Shown here piece after piece: positions 21,353 to 31,453 of a DNA stretch of 58,947 nucleotides (positions are counted from its first letter, which is position 1; the number at the start of each line of letters is the position of its first letter). Position numbers and translations under genes: made by a program. The DNA comes from Patescibacteria group bacterium (GTDB taxonomy: Bacteria > Patescibacteriota > Minisyncoccia > Phycocordibacterales > UBA9973), in NCBI GenBank assembly GCA_038061925.1, contig JBBTYD010000007.1, positions 1 through 58,947 on the forward strand, in the 5' to 3' direction. The notes beneath the pieces were generated by a model. The model was not told where the DNA came from. It was given only the letters and a program-made list of their open reading frames with translations, and made no database searches.

Positions 21353-21381
21353 AGTATAGCATATTATAGTACTATTGTCAA
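21353..21381 (-). promoter_or_regulatory. sigma70 promoter for the small lipoprotein gene
   Basis: TTGACA-17 nt-TATACT. Confidence 0.75.
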
Positions 21382-21417
21382 GCATTAATTTTAGCTATAT
21401 TTTGCTATATTTAAAAG

Positions 21418-23442
21418 GTGAAAAACAAAACAAACAAACTGGAAGGTATTATATCTATTTCCTCAAAAGGCACAGGTTATGTTGCAATCGGAGGGAGAAA
21501 AAACAAGCAAAATAATCAGGATCCAGAAATTAATTTCAAACATTTAAATACGGCAATGCATGGAGACTTCGTAGAGATAATCCTCCATCCAAAAATTAAA
21601 AACAGGCTTTTCTCCGCTCGAGACTCCGGCGAAGCAAGGCAAACGGCCGAAGTATCTAAAATAATCACTCGCGCTAAAATTCGCTTTGCCGGAGTGTTAG
21701 AAAAAGAAAATAACTTATTTTTCTTAAAGCCAGATGACACCAAGATGTACACGGATATTTTAATACCGGAAGAAGTATTAAACGGAGCCTTGGCTGGACA
21801 AAAAGTTTTTGGAGAAATAACTTCTTGGCTAGATGCGCGCAAAGCACCAGAAGGAAAAGTGATTAAAATTTTAGGACATCCAGGAGACAATAATACAGAG
21901 ATGCGCGCCATCGCAATGGAAAAAGGCTTTGATTCAGAACTGCCTAAAAAAGTTTACGAAGAAGCGGAAAAAATAAAGCGTGATGGTATAAAAGAAAGTG
22001 ATTATAGGGGACGCAGGGATTTTAGAAAAACTTTAACCTTTACCATTGACCCAAGTGATGCAAAAGATTTTGATGATGCAATTTCTTTCCGTGAAATAAA
22101 TAAAAACCCCTCAGCTCCGCTCGGGGCAAGCGAATATGAGGTTGGCATACATATTGCAGATGTTTCACATTATGTAAAAGTCGGCAACGCGCTTGATGAA
22201 GAAGCACAAGAGCGTGGAACTTCGGTGTATTTAGTAGATAGAACAATACCGATGTTGCCGGAAATATTATCAAACGATTTATGTAGTTTAGTGCCAAATA
22301 AAGATAGACTCACAATGAGCGCAGTTTTCGTTATAGATAAAAATGCCAAAGTAAAAAGTGAGTGGTTTGGACGTACGGTCATTCATTCCCAAAAAAGATT
22401 CACTTACGAGGAAGCAGAAGAATCAATAAAAAAAGCTAATGCTCCTCTGCACAAAGAGCTATCAATTTTAAATAATTTAGCAAAGCTTTTCACAGTTGAA
22501 AGATTTAAAAATGGTGCAATATCACTAGAGCAAGAAGAGGTAAAATTTGTGCTAAATAAAAACGGAGTACCGCTAAAAATAATAAAAAAAGAACGCGGTG
22601 ACTCAAATAGATTGATTGAAGAATTTATGCTTCTAGCCAACAAAAAAGTGGCCAAAATCCTGTCTCCTAAAAATATCAAAGGCCGAAAAGATGAAAGCAT
22701 ATCTTTGTATCGTATCCACGATCTTCCAAGCAAAGAAAAGATGGCTGACCTGGCATTCTTCCTACGAAGTTTGGGGCATAAAATATCCTTAGTGAATGGA
22801 ATAATCCCCAGTTATGAAATAAATAATCTTTTAAAAAAATTAGAAGAGAAAAATGAAAAAGAAACAACCAAAGATACTGTAAGCCGAGCAGTAGTGAGAT
22901 CAATGGCCAAAGCAATTTATTCCACTAAAAACATCGGACACTACGGTTTAGCTTTTGAATACTATACCCATTTCACTTCCCCGATCAGAAGGTATCCGGA
23001 TATTATTGTGCACAGATTGCTCCAAAACTACCTCTCGAACAAAAAAGTAAATAAAGATAAAATCTTAGAATATGAAAAAATTGCCAGAACTTCATCTGAA
23101 CAAGAAAAACGCGCCTCGGATGCTGAACGAGCTTCTATAAAATATAAACAAGCGGAATATATGTCCAAACATTTAGGAGAAAGCTTTGATGGAATCATAA
23201 GTGGCATAACAGAATGGGGTATTTATGTGGAAGAAATAGAAACAAAATGTGAAGGCCTGGTGAAAGTTCGAGACATGAATGACGATTTTTACGTTTTTAA
23301 CGAAAAGAAACTGGAATTAGTTGGACAAAAAAATCTACCTGCGCAGGCAGGGAAAAAGAAATATCGTTTAGGCGACCGCCTTAAAATAAAAGTAAAAGGA
23401 GTTGATCTGGAACGAAAAACGATAGATTATAGTCTAATTTAA
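21418..23442 (+). CDS. rnr: Ribonuclease R (RNB family)
   Basis: TIDPSDAKDFDDA, HIADVS, HFTSPIRRYPD, C-terminal S1 domain; GTG start with TGCTATATT 6 nt upstream. Confidence 0.95.
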   Translation: MKNKTNKLEGIISISSKGTGYVAIGGRKNKQNNQDPEINFKHLNTAMHGDFVEIILHPKIKNRLFSARDSGEARQTAEVSKIITRAKIRFAGVLEKENNLFFLKPDDTKMYTDILIPEEVLNGALAGQKVFGEITSWLDARKAPEGKVIKILGHPGDNNTEMRAIAMEKGFDSELPKKVYEEAEKIKRDGIKESDYRGRRDFRKTLTFTIDPSDAKDFDDAISFREINKNPSAPLGASEYEVGIHIADVSHYVKVGNALDEEAQERGTSVYLVDRTIPMLPEILSNDLCSLVPNKDRLTMSAVFVIDKNAKVKSEWFGRTVIHSQKRFTYEEAEESIKKANAPLHKELSILNNLAKLFTVERFKNGAISLEQEEVKFVLNKNGVPLKIIKKERGDSNRLIEEFMLLANKKVAKILSPKNIKGRKDESISLYRIHDLPSKEKMADLAFFLRSLGHKISLVNGIIPSYEINNLLKKLEEKNEKETTKDTVSRAVVRSMAKAIYSTKNIGHYGLAFEYYTHFTSPIRRYPDIIVHRLLQNYLSNKKVNKDKILEYEKIARTSSEQEKRASDAERASIKYKQAEYMSKHLGESFDGIISGITEWGIYVEEIETKCEGLVKVRDMNDDFYVFNEKKLELVGQKNLPAQAGKKKYRLGDRLKIKVKGVDLERKTIDYSLI

Positions 23443-23444
23443 AT

Positions 23445-25313
23445 ATGCTAGAAAAAATTAAATTTGGATTTTGGATGATGTTCCCTATAACTCTTGGCAT
23501 TTTTTTAGCGTCATTTGGATTGCTGGTTTTTAAAAATATAAATTACGAAAAAACAATTCAGCCAGGAAATAATACAGCGACAGTAGTGTATTCTGGAACA
23601 GAAAAACCCAAATACTTTTATCTAAATAAGGATCCCAATGGAGAACCAAAGGTCTCCGCTTTAACATACTTGGTTGGTGACCTAAACACAGGTGAAATCA
23701 TTTTATCAAAAAACCAAGAGAAGAAATTTCCAATTGCTTCAATTTCTAAGCTGATGACTGCGCTGGTCACAAAAGAAATAATGACTCCGGACGACACTGC
23801 CAAAATAACTAAAACAGCCTTGGCCACCAGTGGCACAAACGGTGAGCTCCGATTGGGAGAAAAAATAAAAACAGGGGATTTACTATACCCGCTACTTTTA
23901 GAATCAAGCAACGACGCGGCCGAAGCGCTCGCTCTCTATTTTGGGCGAGACATTTTTATTGCGAAAATGAATCAGAAAGCGGAAAAATTAAAAATGTCGG
24001 GAACGTCATATGTAGATCCAAGCGGACTTTCTCCAAATAATCAATCAACCGTTTCCGACATATTTAAACTGACAGGATATTTAACCCAACAACAACCGGA
24101 TTTGATTAAAATTACAAGTAAGCGCAGTTTCAACAATAAAAAACAATCTTGGTCAAATATTAGTCAATTTCTGGGCGAAGAAGGCTATTGGGGAGGAAAA
24201 AGCGGGTATACTGATCCGGCCAAGGAAACAGTTGTATCTCTTTTTAATCTACCTCTCGGGCAAACAGGGTTTCGTCCCATCACCATCACTCTCTTGCAAA
24301 GCTCTGACCGACATAAAGATGTAAAAACTATTTTAAAATATTTAAAAAAAAATATATATTACGGAGGAGTGGCTGATGCGACCACCAACTGGGTACAAGA
24401 GAAAGTTGGTATACCGGACATCCAAGATCCAGACTTTGTAACGCTTGTTTTCGGGGGCGACCTAATGCTTGACCGCGGGGTAAGATCGTCAGTCGTTAAA
24501 AATTTCAACAACGATTATTCAGCGCTTTTTGAAAAACTAAAAATTTTGAAAGAATCTGACATCGTTTTCGCAAATTTAGAAGGCGTAGCCTCAGACCAAG
24601 GCAGTGATACACATAATCTTTATTCTTTTCGTATGGATCCGAGTGCCATTCCTGCCCTGAAGGGCGCTGGAATAAATATTTTATCCGTTGCCAATAATCA
24701 TATTGGAGACTGGGGTCGTCTTGCTTATATTGACACACTCTCACGCTTAAAAGAAAATGAAATACTTTACACTGGCGGAGGGCAAAATAAAATAGAAGCT
24801 GAAACACCGACAATTATTGAAAAATATAGAATGAAAATAGGATTCTTGGGATTTTCTGACAAAGGCCCAAATTATATGGTAGCGGATGCTGAAAAAGCGG
24901 GCATACTTCTCGCAAGCGATCCGAACTTCGATGAAATAATAAAAAACGCCTCAAAACAAGTTGACTATCTTGTCGTAACGTTTCATTTTGGTGAAGAATA
25001 TCAAACAAAACATAATGCAAGACAAGAATATTTAGCGCATCGAGCGGTTGATGATGGAGCAAAAATCATCATTGGAAGCCATCCGCATGTCATAGAAGAT
25101 ACAGAAGTTTATAAAAATAGTTACATCGCTTATTCGCTCGGTAATTTTATATTTGATCAATCTTGGAGTAAGCCAACAATGCAAGGCATGCTTCTCCAAA
25201 TCAAATTAAATAGAGATGGCTCGATGACTACGAAAAAAAATATCATCCAATTAAATTCCGCTTTCCAGCCAGATAAAATAATTAAAGGCAAGGAGGAGAA
25301 AGTTAAATTTTAA
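23445..25313 (+). CDS. D-Ala-D-Ala carboxypeptidase (S11) fused to a CapA/PGA_cap metallophosphoesterase domain
   Basis: SISK, SSN and KSG motifs; then GDLMLDR, ANLEG, ANNHIGD, FHFGEEY, GSHPHV, YSLGNFIFDQ. Confidence 0.85.
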   Translation: MLEKIKFGFWMMFPITLGIFLASFGLLVFKNINYEKTIQPGNNTATVVYSGTEKPKYFYLNKDPNGEPKVSALTYLVGDLNTGEIILSKNQEKKFPIASISKLMTALVTKEIMTPDDTAKITKTALATSGTNGELRLGEKIKTGDLLYPLLLESSNDAAEALALYFGRDIFIAKMNQKAEKLKMSGTSYVDPSGLSPNNQSTVSDIFKLTGYLTQQQPDLIKITSKRSFNNKKQSWSNISQFLGEEGYWGGKSGYTDPAKETVVSLFNLPLGQTGFRPITITLLQSSDRHKDVKTILKYLKKNIYYGGVADATTNWVQEKVGIPDIQDPDFVTLVFGGDLMLDRGVRSSVVKNFNNDYSALFEKLKILKESDIVFANLEGVASDQGSDTHNLYSFRMDPSAIPALKGAGINILSVANNHIGDWGRLAYIDTLSRLKENEILYTGGGQNKIEAETPTIIEKYRMKIGFLGFSDKGPNYMVADAEKAGILLASDPNFDEIIKNASKQVDYLVVTFHFGEEYQTKHNARQEYLAHRAVDDGAKIIIGSHPHVIEDTEVYKNSYIAYSLGNFIFDQSWSKPTMQGMLLQIKLNRDGSMTTKKNIIQLNSAFQPDKIIKGKEEKVKF

Positions 25314-25315
25314 TT

Positions 25316-27586
25316 CTATTTTGCAATTTGGGTAGCTTCTTCAAACTTCACCGAGAGAAGCTTAGAGGCGCCATTACTACCGATGGTGATGCCGTAAAGC
25401 ACGCTGGCGCGGGACATCGTTTCTCTATTATGAGTAACAACAATAAGTTGAGAACTTTTAGAAAGTTTCTCTAACATATCGCCATATTTGCGCGAATTGG
25501 CTTCATCTAGCGCGGCATCGGTTTCATCTAACACAAGAAAAGGCGGCGGATTCACTTGCGACATGGCAAAAAGAAGAGCGATGGAAGTGAGCGACCTCTC
25601 TCCACCCGAGAGCGCATGAAGTTCTTTGACTTTCTTATGAGGCAAGGAAACATTTATTTCTACACCTTGTTCGAGCACAGCAGTATTATTATCTTCTTGT
25701 AATCCTAACTCTAGTTCTTCATCTGATTCGATAGAATCAGGCTGATTATTTTTTTTCTTCTTCTCTGGAACAATGATAGCTAAAGATCCCGTTCCCCCAT
25801 CAAACATAAGCGAGAAAAATTTCTGAAATTCTATATTAATTTTTTTAACACCTTCTTTGAATTCTAGATCAATTTTTTCTTTCAGGTCAGTTACTAGTTT
25901 TTGTAATGATTCAATGCTTTTAGCCAAATCTTCCATTTCTTTCTCCAAAAAACTATCTCGCTCCGTCACTTCTTTAAATTCTTTCATAATTTCAGCCCCG
26001 TTACCAATACCAACATCTTCTAATTTTATTTTTAGACGTTCAATTTTTCTCTTTAACTCTTCTTGAGTTGCGGAAGCCTTGCTTCCGCCCTAAGGCGTAA
26101 GCAAGGCTTCCGCAATATTTTTATAAGACAAAATTTCTTGACCAATCAAGGCGACGCCTTCCTTTATTTCATTTTCAAAAACTTTAGCTCTCTCTTTTAG
26201 ATTTCCTTCTTTAAGAATCACAAATTCCAAAGCGGAAGCCAATTCTTGATGTCTAACCTTAAATTTAAATTTTTCTTTTTCAAGATCACGTAAAGTTTCC
26301 ATCTCTTGATTTATCTCCTTTTTTAAAATATCCACTGATTTAGAAATTTCTTTCTCTTTCTCCTCTATTTCTCGCATTCTATTGCTAATTTCTTGGTAAT
26401 TTTTATTTAAGTTTTGTATTTCAAAATTCTTGTTAAAATTTTCTTTATTGGGAGTAGAAAATTTTTTCAAGATACTTTTAATTCGTTCTAAAATAGACTT
26501 CACATCTTCTATATTAGCTTTGGAAATAGCTTCATCTATCGAATAGTTTATTTCGTTTATCGTGGTTTTGATTTCCTCTTGGGAAATTTCTATCACTTTC
26601 GCTTTTTGCTCGGCCCGGCGTTCTTCCATCTCAATCATTCCCTCGATTCTGCCCAGCTTGCGTTCTATTTCGCTTTTTACTCCGCGCAGAGAATTCAAAT
26701 TATCTTCCAGAACTTTTAATTCATCTATCTTCTTATTACCTTTTCCAAAATTGCCATCTTCCGCGACAGAGATTCGACTCACGACACTTTGAAGTTCACT
26801 TCTCAGTTTGTTTCTTTCGGTCGATAAAACATTTTTTTCATTCTCTAAGTAAACATCTTCCCCTTTAAAATATTCTTTATATAAAATTGCCAATTCCGCT
26901 TGCATTTCTTTAGTTTTCTCAAACTTTTCCACTTGTTTCTTTAGAAAATTAAGATGCGGAATATTTTCTCTTCGCAAGAGAGTTACTTCTTTCATATTCT
27001 CCTCTGCCCGTTCTAGTTTCCTAGCACTTTCTTTTATTTTATATTGATAAATTTTAAGTCCGAGCGCGTCTTCTACCATTTCGCGTCTATCTTCCATATT
27101 GGCATTCAAAATTCTATCAGCTTCCCCCTGTGAAATAATATGATGCTGAGAAGAACCAATGTTGACTGAAGACAAAAGGTGGTGAATATCTTTTAACCTA
27201 ACTTCCGTGCCATTCAAAATATATTTGCTTAATCCATCAGAATAAACCTCACGAGAAATACTGACAGTTTCATAATTTAAATTTATATTGTCTCCGAGAT
27301 CATTATTAAGTTTAAAAATTTTATCAGAATTATTAAAATAGATTGAAACCGATGCGCGTGAACCTTTGGGTAAATTTTTTGATCCTTTAAAAATAAGATC
27401 AGCGCCTGACTTTCCACGCATTGATTTGATTGATTGTTCGCCTAAAACATAGCGAATGGCTTCCACCACGTTAGATTTTCCAGAACCATTTGGCCCAACA
27501 ATAGAGACAATTGAATTATCAAATTCTAAAACAGTTTTTTGCGCAAAAGATTTAAAACCATTTAATTCGAGGGTTTGAAGTCGCAT
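25316..27586 (-). pseudogene. smc: SMC-family ATPase (about 756 codons) interrupted by an in-frame TAG at 26090-26092
   Basis: Walker A GPNGSGKSN in the 5' ORF; LSGGERS and LDETDAALD in the 3' ORF. The 34 codons between the TAG and ATG 25987 are open and in frame (GGSKASATQEELKRKIERLKIKLEDVGIGNGAEI). Confidence 0.85.
26068..26115. repeat. 48-bp palindrome inside smc with the stop codon in its loop
   Basis: Minus strand: TTGCGGAAGCCTTGCTT-ACGCC-TTAG-GGCGG-AAGCAAGGCTTCCGCAA (17-bp perfect arms). Confidence 0.93.
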
Positions 27587-27605
27587 GTTGCTATATTTTT
27601 TATCT

Positions 27606-28301
27606 TTAATCCAGCCAATTCTTTACTTTTAATGCCGCTTCGGCTGCTTTTTGTTCTGCCTCCTGTTTTGACTTACCCTTGCCCTCAGCTATCAAATTAG
27701 GTCCAAAGAAAATCCCAACCATAAAATGTTTATCATGATCGGGACCTGACTCGGAGAGAACTTTATACGCGGGAGTAAAATTCACAAATTCTTGCGCTTT
27801 TTCTTGCACTAGAGATTTTGCATCACGCCAAAGCTTTTTTGATACTATTTCTTCTGTTTGGGGTAAAAGAGATTGATGCACAAATTTGTCCACCGCCTTA
27901 ATGCCTTGATCTAGATACATAGCCCCAATATATGCCTCATAGGTGTTCGCTAAAATATACTGTCTGGCTTTACCATTATCTTTGGCCTCACCTTTAGATA
28001 AAAGCAAGTAATCGTTCATGCCTATTTTCAAGGCAACTTCAGAAATAATCACAGCGTTCACCAGAGCTGAACGCAAGGAAGTCAATTCACCTTCTGTGTA
28101 ATTAGGATATTTTTTATAAAGAAAATCTGTAACGATAAGTTCAAGCACCGCATCACCCAAAAACTCAAGTCGTTCATTGTGCGAAAAATTAGTCGATGGA
28201 TTTTCGTTTATATAAGAACGATGTATAAAAGCTTGCTGGAGTAATTTTTTATCCTTAAATATTACTTTAGTTTTTTTCTCAAAATTGGAAAATTGAATCA
28301 T
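27606..28301 (-). CDS. rnc: Ribonuclease III
   Basis: HNERLEFLGDAVL signature and C-terminal dsRBD. Confidence 0.97.
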   Translation of the reverse strand: MIQFSNFEKKTKVIFKDKKLLQQAFIHRSYINENPSTNFSHNERLEFLGDAVLELIVTDFLYKKYPNYTEGELTSLRSALVNAVIISEVALKIGMNDYLLLSKGEAKDNGKARQYILANTYEAYIGAMYLDQGIKAVDKFVHQSLLPQTEEIVSKKLWRDAKSLVQEKAQEFVNFTPAYKVLSESGPDHDKHFMVGIFFGPNLIAEGKGKSKQEAEQKAAEAALKVKNWLD

Positions 28302-28328
28302 ATTTTTGTTCTTTATTTTATAAATTTT

Positions 28329-29291
28329 CTAATTTATTTTTTGCTTTTCATTACTTAATATATGGACTGCCTTCGTGATTAGTGGAATAATGTCGTTATA
28401 AATACGAAGCTCCGGCACCTCCGTCACCTCGAACCATCTGGCACCATCGAGTCCGCCTGAGTCTTCAAGTTTAAGCTCTTTATATTCACTATACGCCAGA
28501 AAGTATACAACTTTTTTTAGACTTTTTCCTTTGGAAGGATGCGTAGCGATATATTCATTTATCCCAAGTTTTTCTTCCACTTTTATATCAAGCCCGATTT
28601 CTTTTTTAATTACTTTAGATATACCTTCTTTTACATCCTCCAATGCTTCAATTTTACCTTTTGATAAAGTCCAGTAACCAAAAACGTCATGCACCAGCGC
28701 AAATAAAATATTGCCACTTTTTTTCGCATATACTAACGCCCCTCCTAAATTCTCAACTGGCAATTTATTAATATCTGTTAATTCTTTTTCTTCTCGAGAG
28801 TCAATATAATTTTTCTTTTTATCATATTTTTTTTGATGTTCTTTATCCGGCTCGCCTATTTCTTTATAAACCGCCCCAAGTACGCCATTTATAAATTTAC
28901 CAGAATTCTCCCCACCAAAAGTTTTTGCTAATTCGATAGCTTCATTAATTGCCACTTTCGGAGGCACTTGCAATCTGTCGCCAAACAACAGTTCAGTCAA
29001 TCCGATTCGGAGAATATTCCTATCGACAATAGAGATTTTATCTAACGGCCAATCTGGTGCGGCCTTTTTTATGATTTCATCAACCATCACTTGCTTCTTT
29101 AAGATTTGGTCTAAAAGAGAAAACACAAAAGGATCCTCCTCCAGACCGGGGGCAAATTCTTTTAAATTTCTATTTAATGCAACTTTAATCTCGTTACTAG
29201 TGGAGTGGTCGCTCTTTTTTTCTAAAGGTAAAAAATCCCACTCAAAAAGCGTCTGAAGTACTATTGATCTTGAAAGGTGCCTATTTGCCAT
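28329..29291 (-). CDS. nusB: NusB fused to a C-terminal Nudix-fold domain
   Basis: RHLSR, DRNILR, AINEAIELAK.FG, FINGVLG; C-terminal Nudix fold with a degenerate Nudix box. Confidence 0.9.
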   Translation of the reverse strand: MANRHLSRSIVLQTLFEWDFLPLEKKSDHSTSNEIKVALNRNLKEFAPGLEEDPFVFSLLDQILKKQVMVDEIIKKAAPDWPLDKISIVDRNILRIGLTELLFGDRLQVPPKVAINEAIELAKTFGGENSGKFINGVLGAVYKEIGEPDKEHQKKYDKKKNYIDSREEKELTDINKLPVENLGGALVYAKKSGNILFALVHDVFGYWTLSKGKIEALEDVKEGISKVIKKEIGLDIKVEEKLGINEYIATHPSKGKSLKKVVYFLAYSEYKELKLEDSGGLDGARWFEVTEVPELRIYNDIIPLITKAVHILSNEKQKIN

Positions 29292-29368
29292 AAATTAACG
29301 AACGTAGTGAATATAATTTATGAGCATCCTGAAACGCACCCTGTGCGTGGGGGACGCCATAACTATCG

Positions 29369-29599
29369 CTACTTACTTGCCTCCTTTTTTTTAGCCTTTT
29401 CTTTCTTCTGCTTCTTTTCTGTCTTTTTGACTAAATCTAAAACTTTTTTTCCTCGATAAAAACCGCAAGCAGAGCACACTCTGTGGCGTCTTTTCAAGGC
29501 TTTGCAATTTTCGCATTTAGTAAAATTCGTGCTCACTAGCGCGTGATGAGAACGTCTATTCCTCGTATGTGATTTTGTACTCCTCATTCGTACTACCAT
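29369..29599 (-). CDS. rpmF: 50S ribosomal protein L32 (Zn-ribbon type)
   Basis: RNRRSHHAL, CENC...HRVCSACGFYRG. Confidence 0.95.
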   Translation of the reverse strand: MVVRMRSTKSHTRNRRSHHALVSTNFTKCENCKALKRRHRVCSACGFYRGKKVLDLVKKTEKKQKKEKAKKKEASK

Positions 29600-29683
29600 A
29601 ATGGGATTATACTAGCATATTCATAGTTAAAAGCAACCAAGAAAATTTTGGAAAATAAAATAATAATGTGTTATGATACGAAA

Positions 29684-31435
29684 ATGGAAAAAACAGAAAA
29701 GTTGAGCAATATGAGACATACGCTGGCGCACTTATTGGCAGCTTCGGTAGGAGAAATATATAAATTCGACAAAATAAAGCTGACTCTGGGACCCGCTATA
29801 GAAAATGGTTTTTATTACGATATTGATTTCGGTGGGGAAAAAATAACTGATGTAAATTTAAAAAAAATAGAAGATATGATGCGAAAGAAATTGCCTAAAT
29901 GGACAGAATGGGAACATAAAGAAATGAGCAAAGACGAAGCTTTAAAATTTTTCAAGAACGAATATAAAGCGGAACTTATAAACGAAATTGTGAAACGTGG
30001 AGAAAAAATTACTGCCTACACTTGTGGAAAATTCACTGATTTATGCCGTGGTGGACACCTAGAAAACCCAGCTAAGGAAATCAAGGTAGATAGCTTTAAA
30101 TTAGACCGTCTGGCGGGAGCGTATTGGCGCGGAGATGAGAAAAATAAAATGCTTACGCGTATTTATGGATTAGCATTCGAAACTAAAGAAGAATTAGATG
30201 CTTATATAATAAAACGTATCGAAGCAGAAAAAAGAGACCATAAAAAACTTGGCCAGGAACTTGATCTATTTACTTTTTCCAAACTCGTCGGCGCAGGACT
30301 CCCTCTTTTTACTCCTAAGGGTACATTGGTTAGGGATTTATTAGACAATTTCGTATGGGAACTTCGTAAAAAAGTTGGTTATGAGAGAGTAGACATACCC
30401 CACATAACCAAAAAAGAACTTTACGAAAAATCAGGACACTGGGAAAAATTTAAGGATGATTTATTTAGGATAAATACTCGTGAAGGACATATATTCGCGA
30501 TGAAACCCATGAATTGCCCACATCACAGCCAAATTTACAACAGAAAACAGTGGAGTTATAAAGAACTTCCTCAGAGATATGCTTCCACCACCAAAGTTTA
30601 TCGTGATGAACAAACGGGCGAATTAAACGGGCTATCTCGAGTACGCTCTATCACTCAAGATGATGCCCATGTATTCTGCCGATTAGACCAAGCAGGAGAT
30701 GAAATGGGTAAAATTTATAATATTGTTAAAACTTTTTACGGGTCTTTTGGATTTTCTTTAACACCTCGCCTGTCTCTTCATGACCCCAAAAACATGCAAG
30801 CTTATTTGGGCACAGAAAAAATATGGCAAGACGCGGAAAATGCTTTAAGAGAAATAATTAAACAAAACGGAGAAGTTGGAAAAGAAGCTCTAGGTGAAGC
30901 TACTTTTTATGGACCAAAAATAGATTTTATGGCCCAAGATGCTATAGGACGAGAACATCAAGTGGCGACTATTCAACTTGATATGAATATGCCAGAACGA
31001 TTTGATTTATACTGCATTAATAAAAAAGGTGAACAAGAACGAATTGTGATGATTCATGCCGCTATCATGGGCTCAATTGAAAGGTTTATGTCAATCCTCC
31101 TAGAACACACAGCCGGCGTCTTCCCTCTTTGGCTTTCCCCAATACAAGTAAAAGTTATTCCGGTCCGCGAAAATCATAATGAATATGCAAAAAATATTTT
31201 TGAATTATTGAAAAATAATAACATTCGTGTCGAATTTGATGATGGAGACTTAAATCTCGGGACAAAAGTTCGAGACGCAAAAAATAGTAAAATCCCTTAT
31301 TGGATCGTCATCGGCGATAAAGAAGTAGAAGCTAAAAAAGTAACTCTCGAATCTCGCGACACTGGAACGCTTGGACAGATATCAAAAGAAGAACTACTAA
31401 AAAGACTTTTGGAAGAAATAAAAGACAAGGAGTAG
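29684..31435 (+). CDS. thrS: Threonyl-tRNA synthetase lacking the N-terminal TGS domain
   Basis: RHTLAHLLA, DLCRGGH, KPMNCP, FYGPKID, MIHAAIMGSIERF. ATG 29684 has TGTTATGAT 6 nt upstream. Confidence 0.96.
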   Translation: MEKTEKLSNMRHTLAHLLAASVGEIYKFDKIKLTLGPAIENGFYYDIDFGGEKITDVNLKKIEDMMRKKLPKWTEWEHKEMSKDEALKFFKNEYKAELINEIVKRGEKITAYTCGKFTDLCRGGHLENPAKEIKVDSFKLDRLAGAYWRGDEKNKMLTRIYGLAFETKEELDAYIIKRIEAEKRDHKKLGQELDLFTFSKLVGAGLPLFTPKGTLVRDLLDNFVWELRKKVGYERVDIPHITKKELYEKSGHWEKFKDDLFRINTREGHIFAMKPMNCPHHSQIYNRKQWSYKELPQRYASTTKVYRDEQTGELNGLSRVRSITQDDAHVFCRLDQAGDEMGKIYNIVKTFYGSFGFSLTPRLSLHDPKNMQAYLGTEKIWQDAENALREIIKQNGEVGKEALGEATFYGPKIDFMAQDAIGREHQVATIQLDMNMPERFDLYCINKKGEQERIVMIHAAIMGSIERFMSILLEHTAGVFPLWLSPIQVKVIPVRENHNEYAKNIFELLKNNNIRVEFDDGDLNLGTKVRDAKNSKIPYWIVIGDKEVEAKKVTLESRDTGTLGQISKEELLKRLLEEIKDKE

Positions 31436-31453
31436 CTTGTGTTTTATTGTCTC

